The translations under genes were made by a program, and so were the position numbers. A stretch of 64,000 nucleotides of DNA from Klebsormidium nitens (taxonomy: Eukaryota > Plantae > Klebsormidiophyceae). The notes beneath the pieces were generated by a model, which was not told where the DNA came from, did no database searches, and saw only the letters and a program-made list of their open reading frames with translations. Shown piece after piece: positions 24,801 to 38,847 of this stretch; positions within the stretch are counted from its first letter, which is position 1, and each line of letters begins with the position of its first letter. The stretch covers positions 25,778-89,777 of the forward strand of contig DF237296.1 in assembly GCA_000708835.1 (NCBI GenBank), in the 5' to 3' direction.

Positions 24801-26905
24801 TAAAGGAGCAAAGATGAAAACTCTAAAAAGGCTAATTGCAAGCATACCTGTCGTTCAGAAGGACATAAAGTTCCATGCGTGTCAAGGTGAGGGGTTGGGC
24901 CACAACATCTCCCGTCTTTGAATTAATGGTGATAATTTGCGTTGAGACCTTCTCGAGCAGCCAGCTTCGGATAGCCTTCTTGTCCTGCAGCAGGATGGCA
25001 GGGACGAGGAAATTGATGTTGCCATTTGAGAGCAATCCAATATCAGAGGCAATCTCGCAAGTTTCAAGTCCTCACCATGGAAAGAGCATCGAAAGGTCTT
25101 CCGTTATTGAGCAGCCAATTGAAATGCAAAGTGGTGGCCTCCACAGCATCTGCATGAACGCCATTGAACACCACAATTTTGTTACAAGAAAGACCTGCCG
25201 TGACAAGGTGTGACAAGGTGACCTTCTTGATCCACTGTTACCTGCTGAAACCTCGCGTTGTTCTTTCCAAAGGCTGGCATCAGCGTGTTGAGCGCCTGCT
25301 CATAAACTTCGGATACTTTGCTGCCATTTGGGCCACCCACGACCTCAGCGACGTCCAGCATGCCGTCCGACAGGGCGAACTCAGCCTCCAGCACCTGCAG
25401 AAGATTCATAGGTTTCCAGAAGAAGTCAGATTCTTGCCGACTTCACCGTACAATTGGAATCAGGCAGACATGCATTGGGTGAGGTTAGGCCTTGATACGA
25501 AAGTATTGAGTACTCACGTGGTGCTGTGACCTGCTCTGCTGTGTCTTGCACTCCAAAAACCAACAGCAGACTCGAGCAACAACTCCGTGATTTGGCAACC
25601 TTTGCAGCTTAACATTCAGAATGGGCCACCTTTTCCCAACTTTGGATTGCAAAATAGGTGCACTAAGCAGAAGGGGCATCCGTACTGAACTGCTTGTAAG
25701 GAGGAAAGCTCATTTGATTGATTCTCACCGGCTGTGGCTTCTCCATGTCGGCATATGCGTCCTCCACAGCAAACTTGTAGGTCGTTTCATCAAGGATCCT
25801 TCCCGGGAACTCGAGAGCAAAAAGTTGGCTTGAATTTCCACCACCAAAGAGCTCTTGCAGCTTTCCATAAAGCTGATCCACAGCATTTTGCCGTTTTGAA
25901 TCCGCCATGGCTCCTGCAAATGTACCTAGCAGCTCTTGATCTCTACTATGAACAAGAGGGGCTAACTCAGAGTCCGCTGTTGCTGACGTCACCAAGTTGG
26001 AAACCCCAATACCAGGAGGTGCTGGCAATTCGACAGATGGTGAATGTGGCAGCACAAAGAGTGCGGGTTCAATTGGTAAGTCTAAAAGACTAACAGGGTT
26101 TTCGGAATCAGCGGAGCTTGGTACTGGGGGAAGGGGGCCCCTTCTTGACTGAACAGCTGAAGGCTCAAACGTCGTCAGAACCTGCAAATGTAGACACGTG
26201 GCTCTTAGCTTTTGTAACTATGAGGTTCATCATAATTAGTAAGTGTTTCTGAATGCGCAGAGGGCCGCAGATGCTTGCTTGCTGCTGCACATGGTGTCAC
26301 TCTATATCCTGCTCATTGAATAGCCACACTGCATATATGGCCTGCCACATTCAGCAGACTCAAATCCAAGGGGAATCTATGCTCTGCATTTCTGAGCGGG
26401 CCACGTGGCAGAAAGTTCACATGCTTCATTTAGCAGCTCCGCTACAACCTAGTCCCCATCGTACCTCTGGTTCCACTCAACCACACATCTGCCAGAGAGC
26501 CTAGTACCTTACTGAATCGCATGCGAAAAAAGCAGCTGGCCTTAGGGAAGCCACACGTATCTATTTTATGAGTTCTTCCCTTACCACGTCTTCAACAATA
26601 CTTCCGGTGAGCTGGACTCCGTCCACCAAGCTGCTCTTTCCCGCCGGTAGCACGGAGGACCTGGCTCGCAGCTCCCTGTTGCCTGTGATGCTGATGGTGT
26701 GCACTTCACGTCCAAGGGCAGAAGTGATGGCAGGTTCCGTAGCACCCTGTAGACGTTGAAGGCCTTCTGGCAGCTGGTCGTGTAGTAATGTCTCTTCGTC
26801 CACCTGGAGAATCGTGTGCTTTGAAATGTCCAAGTTGGCGGTATCAAGCGGTTGGTCTGCGGGGGTGCGCACGAAACAGGAGAAGCATTTGCTGAGAACG
26901 GGCAT
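18873..26905 (-). CDS. Uncharacterised ~1030-aa protein, 11 exons, with a coiled-coil middle and two Ser/Gly-rich C-terminal segments; two 1-bp frameshifts as assembled (pseudogene or assembly error)
   Basis: Exons 26585-26905, 25729-26181, 25242-25394, 24848-24984, 24066-24258, 23032-23340, 22336-22568, 21744-21862, 20481-21092, 19752-19934 and 18873-19244. All join in phase except exons 7 and 9, each of which is one base short. Intron 7 has a GC donor (CAG|GCAAGC). Conserved-looking blocks: QLFALEFPGRIL, EAEFALSDGMLDVAEVVGGPNG, YPVTFSPVDW, KVTINRGGWFNPS, FPAYPVAIVVAKD and IKIPGPQILGW. The start codon is uncertain. Confidence 0.75.
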
Positions 26906-29628
26906 GGGATTCTGGTTGGGAACCGTGAGTTGAAGTGCTTTGAATACGCAGGAACTTTGACAACTATATATTAGTGGAGCTGGAGGCGTGAAGTAACGAA
27001 CTGGCTTAGCTCCTAGCTGTATTTTGAAATATGCGAAGTCTTTTGAGACGGGAATGGCTCCTTGGGAAACTCCCTTTCCAGCCGTCAAGACTGATCAAGA
27101 CTCAGTGCGTGCTCTCCGTCACAAGATGGTATTCATCATGCATATTAAATGCTTCCGAAAAACAGCGATGACAACATTGCAGTACTAGCAGCGCCTCAAT
27201 ACTGGCACTAGTGCTGCCATATCCTTCCCGGCCGCTCAGTTTCTGGGATCGTTGGTGGCTGCTGGCAGCTGGCTGCTGGACTCCTTAGTATAATCTTGTT
27301 TGTTAACTTGTGACCTTCCTTAGACCTTTCTTAGACCTTTAATGGGCCTTTAATCTTAGACCCTGGCTCGTTCAACGGCAATGGGTCACGTGACACGCCC
27401 ATCATACGTTGGCGCCGGCTATTCTAGCTCTTCTTTCGAAATCGCTGTGCATAATGTCCGTGCCCCGAGTCGCTGCTGGCGGCTGAAGCAGTGCTTATGC
27501 TAAACTGACCCCTTGCCGAGCTTCTTTGTGGAAAACACGTGGAAGCTGCTTTTCAGGCACATCATGCACATTAAATGCTCCGGCTCTCTGAGACAGCAGT
27601 GCACACTGCTTAGTAACAGCGGCAGGACCCGTTTCAGTACGTTCACATACGATATACCAGTACGTTGTACCTACCTATATCAGAACGTTCCACGTGCACA
27701 TTGCCACACAACTAAAAGATGCAAGCGCCAACGACCAAATGGCACATCATGCGAATTGAATGCTCTGGCTCCTCCGAAACAGCCCTGCATAATGCCAAGC
27801 CTATGAGCCTTGCGTGTTGCACTCCAGAGTCCAGACTCCAGAGGCCCGCTTCTCAATCTGCATAATGCACCTGCTGGTGTACCGTAGCATTAAGTGCGTT
27901 TCGTGAGTCAGTGAGTCGTGCTTTTGCATGTTTTGGATTTTGAGCCCTGTGGTCCTGATCCGACGGCGCAAGACACTATTCTATGAGCATCCGACGGTTC
28001 TAAACAATAGACTTGCTATCGATATCCCAACAATCTTGTACCATCGGTGCCTGAATCCTGACTCCTGACAGTGACATACCGGTAGGTACTGCCTGGCTGT
28101 AGGTACTAGGACCTATGGCTGGACTCACGCTCATCATGCACGCCGCACCCTGAGCCACGCTCGGTGAGACCGGGATTCAATGAGTTGGCCCTGCAGCTTT
28201 GCAGCTTGCTATGGCTGCATTGGGCATGTCCAATATCGGATAATTCCTTAGGTCTACGGCATACAGGGCACCCAAACATATTGCTTGAAGGATGAAATTT
28301 ATCGGACTAGCGTGCACTTTGACTGTGGAGACCTAACACGACGGATAGTTGGATCCTGTTTGATGAATGCATGATGGTTATGATACTTGCCACTGGCAGC
28401 CAAGCCATGAAACACATGTGACATGGTGAATCATCATGAATAGTACCACATGTACTTGCGTTGGTGACATCAAATGAACGTACCAATGCTCATCATTGCC
28501 ACACCATACTGACATGATGCATTCGCTTAATGCTACCCAGTTCGCTTTGAATCTGTAGGCCGCGCTTGGAGCTCATGGTATGATCGATCTTTTATAGCTC
28601 GTTCATATGGGCGCCGGCAGCCAACATTAGATTGTGCAATTGTGCATAACGCATACATTCGTTGATGATGCATGATATGCCTGGCAACGTGCCTGTGAGT
28701 CCGGGCGGCCCACTGAGATCCTATCATGGTTGCAAGATACAGAACTTGAAGCGCACAAGTTGGAGGTCTGGACGGTCTTGACCCGATATGCATGTGATTG
28801 ACGGCGGCGGTCATGGTATGCTAGCTAGGCCCATCGAGTCGGACCGCGTCCATCTTCAGCGCTCTAGCGCGCGGCGACCACCGACCCAGCGGCACATACT
28901 GGCGAGCTATATTAGTCAATCTAATGTGCAACGGAGTCCAGAATCCGGTGCGCCAATGCATGAAATATAGCAATTATGATGGGCGCGACGGTAGGCGGCA
29001 AGGTTCCGACGAGCGCGCTCGGTTGAAATGCGCCGATTGGACGGCTAATTTCCTCGATTCACTTCAGGGCTGTCGGCCGGAAGGACTTCGATGACCGACG
29101 CCTCGGAATTGGTCCGACAATCACATGACGTCATATTGATGCAAGTCGTTGTAAGCCCGTCCACAATGGACTCATCATGATCTTGCCTGGGCCAGTGGCT
29201 GGGCCACCGAGCTAGCCTTGCAATGTATCATTCAATATCAAGGAAGTCAGGTCATGTTAACCACTAGCTGTGCGGATTTATATAATGCACAACCTGCACA
29301 TTAGGCCTGGGCCTTTCACTCCCTTGTAATAAGAACGACTGGACAACTGTTTTTCGAACTAAGCTCCAAACGATTGTCGGAAACTCGATGAGGCCACCAC
29401 CTTATTACCCACAACATATTTCAAGTAAGATCGTGAGGATTGGCAGGCTCGCTGGAGGACGACTCGGTTAGCAGTGACACATTTGTCGGTGGAGTTTGCC
29501 CATGACCATTGGTCAGTGGCATGCCCATAATCTACCTTGCTTGGCTGCTGTCATGTAGCTATTGGTGACAGTGTTCCGCACAGCAACGAAAGACCCGAAC
29601 TCCCGGATCGCGTTGCCTCCTTTATCGA

Positions 29629-32600
29629 CTATAGGTTCAAGTCCGCAACCGACTCACGTCTGGACGCTTCTTTCGAACATGTCCCCGATTGAGACCCCCC
29701 GAAGCTGCTTACAATATCACTATCCGAACCCCTTGCGCTCCTAAACCCTTCCCCTTCCCCGCCATCCCCAGTATCAGCAACCCGTCTACCCCCCGACTCG
29801 CCACTTTTTCGTCTCGGCAGCGGCCCCCCTTCCACTGGCGCCCCAGTAAACGTTACGCTATCCTTGGGCCTCTCCCCCGGGTCAATCGCAGCCCTGGTTC
29901 CTTCGTAACCCGGTCTAAAACCTGGCCCGTAACCGCTAACCCGAATGTCGTCGCTCGTGTGGGCCCGTGACATAGGACCTTCCGGCAGTTGGACTTCCGG
30001 TCTGTAATTGTTACCCTTATCTTGGCCGGCCGGTTTTTGGCCCAAGGGGTTTAGAATTTGCTGGGGGGGGGACCGAGGGGGCCTGCATCGCAGGAGAGAC
30101 AGGAACGACCATCAAAGGGGGAGAATAATAGTCAAATATTGCGTTGATTTGTGCAGATTGAGAACCGAAATCTGGCTAAAGGTGGCACGTTCTAGCTCTT
30201 GCTACTTGGACTCCTGGGCCACACGGATCCCAACGAAATTGTTGCAAGTGACACACAACGAGCTCAAAGAACACCGGCTCACCCAAGCCAACCACGATAA
30301 AGCAGCAGTCGTCAGATAGAACTCCGACTCACGGCCGTCAGTGGACAACATAATGCTGTCATTGATACCACTCAATGTCTCACAAACCCAACTGCCCTGT
30401 CTTGATATGACTCTAACATGTATTAACAAACTTCTTACCTCAGGTGCTATTATTCAGCCTACCAATGCAAAGTTCCAGGATCAGAGATGAAGCTACTCGC
30501 AAAAGCTGCGCAAAACGAAAGCAGCCAGAAGCCAGAGCACACCCCTCCGCTTCATCTTGTGGTTTCTCTGCTCAAAACCAGATTTCAATTCCAGGAAAGA
30601 CGCCCGTGAGCGCGAAACTCAACTTCAGCGCCTCTCACGGTGTTGCGTTTGAGGCCAAACACAAATTTGCAGAATCCAAATGTCGAACTAAACGCCTCTG
30701 ACCCGGTTTGCAACACCCCGACCAGAAAGCGATAATCTGCAATGGGAAGGAAAAACCCCTCACCCTAGTTGTGGCGCCTCGGCCCGGAAGTTGTTCCGGC
30801 TCTTGGGGGTCCTGGTAAATAGGACCTCGGCCCAGTTTCCGAGGCAGCCTCGGTTATACGGATTCTGCTTGCTGTCGTAGCGGTACCGGAAATTCTCATA
30901 AGTGGTCTGCACAGACGAGAGCTTATGTTGTAAGCTCGATTCTTATGAGTCCTGGTTATACAGGTTCTGCTTGCTATTGTGGCAGTACCGGAAGATCTCA
31001 TATGTAATCTGCACAGACGAGAGTTTACGCTGTCAGCTCTTGAGATGCTTATGCAAGTTTAACAGCCCCGGTTATACGAGTTCTGCTTGCCTTCATAGCA
31101 ATACCGGGAATCCTCTTAAGTGGTCTGCACAGACGAGAGCATATGCTGTCAGCTCTTGAGATGCTATCGCAAGTTCAGCCCGCCCCAGTTGTACGAAGTC
31201 TGCTGCATATGACATCGAAACCAGATACTTCATCAGTGGTCTGCACGAGCGAGAGTTATACTGTCAGCGTTTAGCTTCTGCTTGAAAGCGTTGACCGAGC
31301 TGAGCCAATGCTTCCGAGCAGAAGTGAGCTGATAATCTCTGGATCAGCTCATACAGCCAGGCATCTCCGGTTGAGCGGCTTATGCTAGCCTGTGATCATA
31401 ACATCGATAAAAGTTCCCCTTATCTCGTCTGCATGAAATGACAGCCAATGTTTGCTTTATCAAGTTCTAGGTCACTTTCTTTCTGTCGGCTCGTGAGTAC
31501 TTCGTCAACAGTGCCCGAATTCGTAGGAGCGCATGACTTTGGGTCGTCCAGAAAGTCTCGTATTAGCTTGAGTGATTGAAAGACACGAGGGCTGATCAGC
31601 TGAAAGCCGCTTCCTCGTGAGCGACTATCTCGCCGGAAAATACGCGTTATGTTTGCAGCTACGTTGCTTTTTTGATGATAACCGTCCAGACTTCAACACG
31701 TCATCCATCTTACCTGGTTCTTTGTGATGAACACCGTATGCAGCACGGACAGCCCCCCCGTAAAGAAGAGGGCGAGAAACGTGTACGCCATAAGTAGGAC
31801 GGAGACGGGAGACGCGCCCATAGCTTTTGGGACCGTCGCGCTCTTGCCCTCCCTTTGCCGCTCGTCCATGATCAGCTTGATGTTTACGGCAGAAAAGGAG
31901 AAGACGTAGATGCAGAGGAGAGTCGTGGAGACGACGAACAAGAAGAAGAAGCGGTAGTTTCGCTGCAAAAGAAAGGGGCGCAAGTTTCGAGTAGATTCTT
32001 CGCGGTTGTGTGCGTAGGGCGGAGATTTTCTGAGAGGGCCACAAGCAACTCTGATTTCGGCGGGAAGGCGAAGGTGCAAACGCAGGGGAGAAAGGTGGAG
32101 ACATCGAAGAAGAAGGAAAAGCGATGGTTTGGCTGCAAAGGGAAGGGGCAGGTGCTCTTACAGCGACAGCAAGCAAACAGTCGTTTGAAGGGACACAAGC
32201 GAGTTCTCTTGCAGGAGCGCCGACATGGAGGAGAAGGGTATACACAACACAAGCCAAGGGAGGAAGGTAGATTTACGACATAGTTGAGTTCAGAGACGGC
32301 GTCTTTTTGTCATTTGCAATAACAGGCATGAAGAGACCACTCTTCTGCTTGGAAAAAGTTGGAAGAAAACGAAGCGGCGCAGGACAGGCGAAACGACAGA
32401 GGAAAGGGAAGGTCTGTTTGAAATTGCGCAAGAGTTCAGCGACGCGATGCTGATGATGCATATCCGATCGTCCCAGGAGAGACAGGAGTCGCTGCATAAG
32501 TCTCGGAGACACAAAGCGATGCAGAGCCGCACGATGCAATGTCCCATTTGAGGCCAATAGCGAAGTGACATTTCTGGCAGCGACGAAATCTAGAATCGCA

Positions 32601-35600
32601 TATCAGTCTGTCAATCTCCAACAGTGAAAGGACCATGAAGAAGCTACTGGGTAGATGTCTCTAAAGAATGCCCGACCCAAGAGAGTTGCGGTCCACCTCA
32701 TTCACCTACTCCTCCCGTCAACAGAGCTCTTACCAAGGAAACCTAGTATGTTTCCGATGTGAAGTACGAGAGAAGCGATTGGACAGGAAACTGCTCACCG
32801 TGGCTAAACATTGCCCCACCCAGGGGCGTGGTGATCAAACTTTTCTACCCAGTTGTTGCAGATACAAGCTCTTAGTCTGGCAGTATCAGTTGGAAAAGAA
32901 GGAGAATAAGAGAAAGAATCCAGCTAAACACCCTGTGAAATAGAAGACTGCTCACCCTGCCTATACATTGCCCCACCCAGGGGCAGTGATGGTCAAACTT
33001 TTCTACGCAGTTGTTGCAGATGCTGCAGTGGCTCGTGCGCGGGGGGCGGTACAGCATGCACGTGTCGCAGTACTTGACCTTGACCGTGTGGCCATTAACC
33101 ACGACGTCTTTCGTCCGCGGCAACCTGCGGACACCGCCATTGTTTGGATTAGTTTGCTGGTCGACGTGCTGATCAGTTTCGTACACTTAGGTGGTGAAGT
33201 AAATCTGCATGAACCTAGGCGCCTGATTGAGCGTTGCAGCAGTACTGGACTTTCACCGTGTAGCCGTTAAACACAATGTCCCTCGGCCGCGGCAACCTGC
33301 GGTTAATACAATCGGTTAGAGCTGGTTGGGGAGTGATGCAACGAGTGGGTTACCAAAGTTGCTGAAAACGGGACTCCGAATGGGACACTGTACCAGTCCT
33401 TTATGTTCGACTGTGGCTGATAAGTATTCTGGCTTGAAAGAATGGTCGAGACAGTTGATCAGACATTTCCAGAACGTCTGGCCGTTAAAAATGACGCCTT
33501 TTATTCGAAGCAACCTGACGTTAGAAAGGCGGATTGAAACGTTCACGACAGCCCACAACGGCCTGCACTGATTGCCTTTTCACTCCAACTGCTATGTCCA
33601 AACAAACTTGAGGCTCAGATGAAGGAATGGTTTCAAAGACATGCAGAAGTTCTTCGTCGCTAGATTTGCCACCCAATCGGTCAAAGGATTGGCAGAAAGC
33701 GGCAAAGCAGACAGTCTCCACCCGACAGGCCGCAATCAATGGTTGCAGACGAGACATGCATTGATCACTGCGCAGGTAAGAAAGTAACGCAATGCGCGAG
33801 TGTTGATTGGGTCTGAAGAATTAACTGGGTCTGGTATAATAAGTAAGAAAAGAGGGCGGCTTTACCTCGGCCGTTGCCCGATCTCATACTGCGGGGGAGG
33901 ATTCTCCGGGTCCTCCTCAGGGTCAGGGGGCTGCAGATTCCTCGGGATGATGCCCGGGTCGCGGGATGACGTCAGCAGCAGCAGGCCGATGTCCCACACA
34001 ATGATGACGATCCCGCAAACTAGAGGAGCGGCGTTGAGGCGGTCGATGAGTTCCCGGCCCGGGAATACGATGAACAGGACAGCGGGGCTGATGATGAGGA
34101 AGAGGGAGAGGCAGAGGGACTTCCAGTCGGGGCCGAAGATGAGGCGTCCGCCGAGAACGAACCTCTGCAGGTGTGAGTAGGAGGATTTCAGGAATGTTAT
34201 CTCTGGGGTGCAGAGTTGACAGTAAAATCAGACTTTGAGAAGAGCCGAAGAAATTTGGTGTGGGGTTGAAGACGAGACGGCCACCGAAGAGGAAGCTTCG
34301 GAGGTGTGAATAAGGGGCTTCCAGATTCAAAGCTCAAAAACTTGGAAAAGTACGAAGAAGGACAGTGCTCAAAGATGAGCGGGTTTATGCTCGCGTCTTT
34401 AATGAAGATGCAATTTCAATTATCGGTCAAGCATAACCTGAACGAAGAGTGACCGGCAGCCGATCCCTCTTGGACGACGCTGATTGCAATGTCACAAAAG
34501 TCAAGATTGTTACTCAAATGAACATGGTGATGCTGCAATTCTCAGGTACATTCAGGTCAACTACATCAGATAAACACAATTGTCGCAGGCGAACTTTGCA
34601 GATGGAGTGATTTAGAACTCCACTGTTTCTCTTTTTTTTGGAAAGCGACGAGAATCTGACATGAACACCACCATACCGCATAAGACGAGTTTTGCATTGC
34701 ATTGGAATTACGGTGTGCAGGCCAGAGCAATCGCCGAAGAAAAAACCGAGTAAACCTCAGAACGCAATGAGGCTCGTGAGAACATTGTCAGACAGGTCTT
34801 TCTTCAAACTGTAAGCAGAGCTGCAAGCTCACGAATGACATTGTACAAGCATGTAGAGCCCTCCGAATAGGATCTGCAAGGGGCAGACTTAAACAAGGGG
34901 CAGACTTAATCTGATACATGAAACCGGATAGGAAATGAGTGCCATCTCCATACCAACACCTGCCTGCCAAAGTTTGTCTACCATCATCAAGAAAGGGCAA
35001 CCGACGCAAGCATCAGACAGCTCTTCCTCTTAAGAGGCTGTTGGTGCACAATTCTGCTGCTGAAAGTTATTCAAAAGTAAATGCTTATTTTGGTGAAGAA
35101 TTCTTACATTGAGAAGGGCAATTGGCCCAGGTGAGCACGGGTACAAACACGAGAAAAAGACGACAAACAGAAGAAGGTTTATCTTCAAAGATTTTCTGAA
35201 GTTCGAGAAGCGCTTAAACACTGGGCCACCGGCACCATTTTGGGAAACACAGATCAAGACGCAACATTTGAGTCGGTTCGCATCGGTCAGTCTTCGTACG
35301 GACAATCTGAAGTAGACAACTGCCAGCCAAAGCGGGTCCAGGCACAACAGAGATTGCAACAGAGTTTTGCCAACAGCTCAGGTTTGAAAGGAACGCAAAA
35401 GAATGCAGAAATTTCTGTGGCTTGAGTTACAAGGACTTCTGTAGCTTGCGGAATATTCGAAGCAGATTTTTGCCCTCAAGCAGGCGATCACCAAGTAAAG
35501 GATCACTGCAGCTCCACGGCGAACAAGCGGCTCAACCCTAAGAATCTGGTCGTTTGAGCATGCTCATAAGCACATCGGGAAGGACTCCAGCAATAAAGTC

Positions 35601-35987
35601 CCAAAAGAGTTCTTTTCTGCTTGAAGCAAACTCAGCTTGCAAAGAGCTGTATCTGACAAACCTTTGTTGCATCACTGAGCCAAAGATCTCCACCACTCTT
35701 GATAATGAGGAGCCGCAATTGTAAGTCACTTGTATCTACCAAAACGACACGCACACATCCTGTACACTACCCATTGAACCAAGGGCACTGTTCTGGTACT
35801 CAAAATCTCGACGCATATTCTTGGACATGCATTACCAAATGATTGATTGCTCAAGGCAATGTAACCAGATGTAGTGCTACTAAAGAAGAAAAGAAGGCAA
35901 TCGAAAGCGAACCAGAGGAAGATAAACATTGACTCAAGAAACACAACTCACATTGTTGCCTTTCCAGACTTGATACACCTTGGCCAT
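29629..35987 (-). CDS. DHHC-type protein S-acyltransferase (plant PAT family), 6 exons, ~449 aa
   Basis: Exons 35952-35987 ([12 protein letters not shown]), 33866-34164, 32956-33124, 31714-31962, 30764-30906 and 29629-30082 are phase-consistent GT-AG. Motifs: [66 protein letters not shown] and TTYENFRY...NPYNRG. Confidence 0.95.
30907..31260 (-). repeat. Three degenerate tandem copies of the DHHC exon 5 acceptor junction
   Basis: The anchor ctgcac(a)gacgagag recurs at 30907, 31009, 31125 and 31241 (periods 102, 116 and 116 bp). Each copy carries a decayed version of the [18 protein letters not shown] codons. Confidence 0.9.
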
Positions 35988-38847
35988 CAGCCCCGTCAAC
36001 CAACATCCAACCTCCTGTTAGTTCACTCCCTCAGCAGGTGCTCAATCTGCTGCACTCTCAGAGAGAGTGTCTCGTCCACTTTTACCAGCAAGCAGCTGAT
36101 CTCTTGCTTCACTGCCTGCTCTACTTCTGCTGACTTCAGCAATCTGCTGACTTGAGTAAGTAACCAATCTTTCCTAAGCAGAGTGTGCGCATACTACAGT
36201 AGTGCTACTTCATGCTGATCTTCAGGACATCTCAAAGCTTTCCATCGCTTTATTTCTGCCATGTTTGCACCATCATCCTATCCTACTTTACTAACGCCTC
36301 AAGTCAAGCAAGAGCATCCACAGGGCTAACACTAATAGAGGAAGTTGAAATAAGGCGAATTCCTCGGAGACTCTCAATCACCGAACATGCCAAATTTAAG
36401 CCCTTTCAGCACCCAAGACGCCCTTGATTGCACTCCATATGATCCTGGATGGGAAACCAGCTACTAGTTTTAAAGCGACGCCGGTACGAATTCAGAGAGC
36501 GCCCACTATTGAAAATTTCTCCAAGTTCGAAAACGACCACCCCGAGCGCTTACTAGCCGCAGGCCCAGAGACATCTTTCCTCCTTCGAACCCCCTCTGAT
36601 TTGGAAGATCCCAACCACTTTACAGAAAGCTGCTTGCACAATCCCAAACTTGAAGAAGGAAATGAGAACCTCGCTTTGGCAGTAGGAAGGCAGCCTGGAA
36701 GCCGCCCCGCTGCGCCCCAATTGGCCTGCTGACTGATTAGCGCACTGCTGACGTTTGAAACTTAATCCAGGCTAAACCATGGAAACACACTAACCTTGTT
36801 GGCTTAACCCAACAAAAGTGCTAACAATATACCGTACATAGTGGAGCCCAGGCCTTGCCAAAGCCCTTTCGAGAAGAAAGACTGCCGCGCCTTCAGCAGC
36901 GGCGCGCGCGGCGCTTTTGTCTCTACTGCCAACGGAAACCAGCGGCGGCGCTGGAGCCTGGAGGTCAAGACTCAAGGTGCAGACGCTCATTGAAGTCATT
37001 GGCAAGTCTGTCTGCAATGTGCTGTGAGGTGAGTTGCTCCATCCCTTCATCCCACCCCTTTTCAAAAAGAATGTGGCAGTCCCGATGCTCCACCTGATGA
37101 GCTCGGTGTGCTCAAAGTATGCCACCAAAGAAGAAAACTCACCCTGAAGAACACCTTTAAGGCACCCAAATTCCATGAGGCACCCAAAACTATGTCAGCC
37201 CCAGCTACTGCAGACAGTAAGGGAGCACAGGTGCAGGAGATAAGAGCCATTGGCCTTTCGTGAACTTGCGGTCCTCAGAAGATTCAAAATTTGAGGGCTG
37301 GTTGTCAAAAAAGCTGTGATCGAATGTTAGTCTGCGAGTTGCTGCACCAATGTAGTAACCCCTCTGAGCTTTGATTATAAGAACAACCATCAAGGCCATC
37401 CTCATGTATGCAGTCAAACCTTTGCTGCTTGAAAGTCAAATATATGATTCTGCGGAAAAGTGCGCAGCTGGAAGCAGATCAAGTATCTTGAATACCACTG
37501 AGCCGCTTGCCTTATGCGAAGTGGCAGGCACCAGACTGGCTTGCGTTGACAAAATATGCACGGACTACCCCTCTTCAATCTGACGCTCGCAATCCCCCCT
37601 CGCATGAGCTCACCGCAGAATTGCACACAGAATACAACTCTGAGACAGTATTCGCTCCTACTATCTCAGAGGGCCTTGCAGCTGCCCCAAGCCCCAGACA
37701 AGCATTCTGGGCCAGCTTGAAGCAGCTTGAAGCAGGGAAAGCTCAGTGAGCCGCCAAGCACGGAGGTGAGGCTGGCAGTTCCATCTCAAGTACAAGTACC
37801 TTATGATCCTCATCTTTTTTACAGCAGAGGCAATCTGAGGTTACGTCCTGTCTTTGTTCCGGCACAGCTGTTTGCATGAGACTACGTTTTGAGCTGAGCG
37901 TTACGCACAACTTGAAGATAATCTGTTTGAGGTCGAGCACAAAGTTCTGAAAACTTGGTTCAAGTGAAAACAATCGAAAGACTTCTGATTGTTGGACATT
38001 AGGCATTAGGACAAGGTTGCGCCATGCCTTTCGGTCAGGAACTGCACGTCTATGGGATTTAATTTCGTTGGATCTTTGACTGTCCTTGTTCATACCAACT
38101 ACTCTCGCCCATTACATATGAAGCCTTGTCGAGTCTCTTACTGCATCAAGAACATATGTGCTCAGCAAAGCTAAGGGTTCCTCCTGCATCCTTCATAAAC
38201 CCTCTTTGCTGCCTCCTAAACGACGAGAGTTCGTCCTCTTTCCCATCTTGACTACTACCTTCGTCCCTTGTCTTCTTGGTTCCCTTCTCCCAATGCGGTC
38301 CACTTACTTTCATCTGTTTCCTCTACCTCCCATCCCGTCTTTCCTCCCCTCTTCTTGTTCCTCTTCTTCGTCCTTGTTATGTTGTTCAAGCTTCGTTTCT
38401 CTGATCAACTGAAAAGTTGCTTTGAGAGCCCTGAATTTACTTTAAGCTGAGGCAGATTTGGTCACTACCTGCTTTGAGCAGTTGCACGAACAAAGAATCT
38501 GAAGTAAGAGTACATTCTACACTTATGTGTGCGAACGGAGTCGATGAGCGGTTGAGTTACTGATTGGGCTGCTTATTTTTTGTTGCAGCTCCTCAATAGT
38601 CCTCCATTCTGGACTTGAAGTACGTTGGTCGTTACCGTTCATATCCAATGCAGTAGATCTCCTTAGCTAAAATAGCCTCTGCTTGATAGCCGATTAGAGG
38701 GCGTGTTGTAAGGCGGCGAGGCATGCACAGGAAAGAATTCGATTAGGCATCCCTTCAAACGACCCAGACTACTTGACAAGAGCCCCAATCGTCCCCTTTT
38801 AGACCAAGCACAGAGTGAGCGAGATGCGCTGCTCCCGAGAATAGCTC

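Noticed and set aside
30907-31260. CRISPR-like regularly spaced repeats (also 52841-53760)
   Set aside because: The units are degenerate whole-unit tandem duplications of exon junctions in a eukaryotic gene, not identical repeats with unique spacers.
26880-35987. Functional link between the N-terminal KCFSCF motif of the candidate pore-former and the neighbouring S-acyltransferase
   Set aside because: Adjacency alone is not evidence in a eukaryotic genome, and the start codon of that gene is uncertain.
36200-38450. ORFs upstream of the DHHC gene (e.g. 37743-38093 with VLDLKQII, 36790-37176)
   Set aside because: No phase-consistent multi-exon model or convincing family motif could be built. 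May be UTR exons or a degraded gene.
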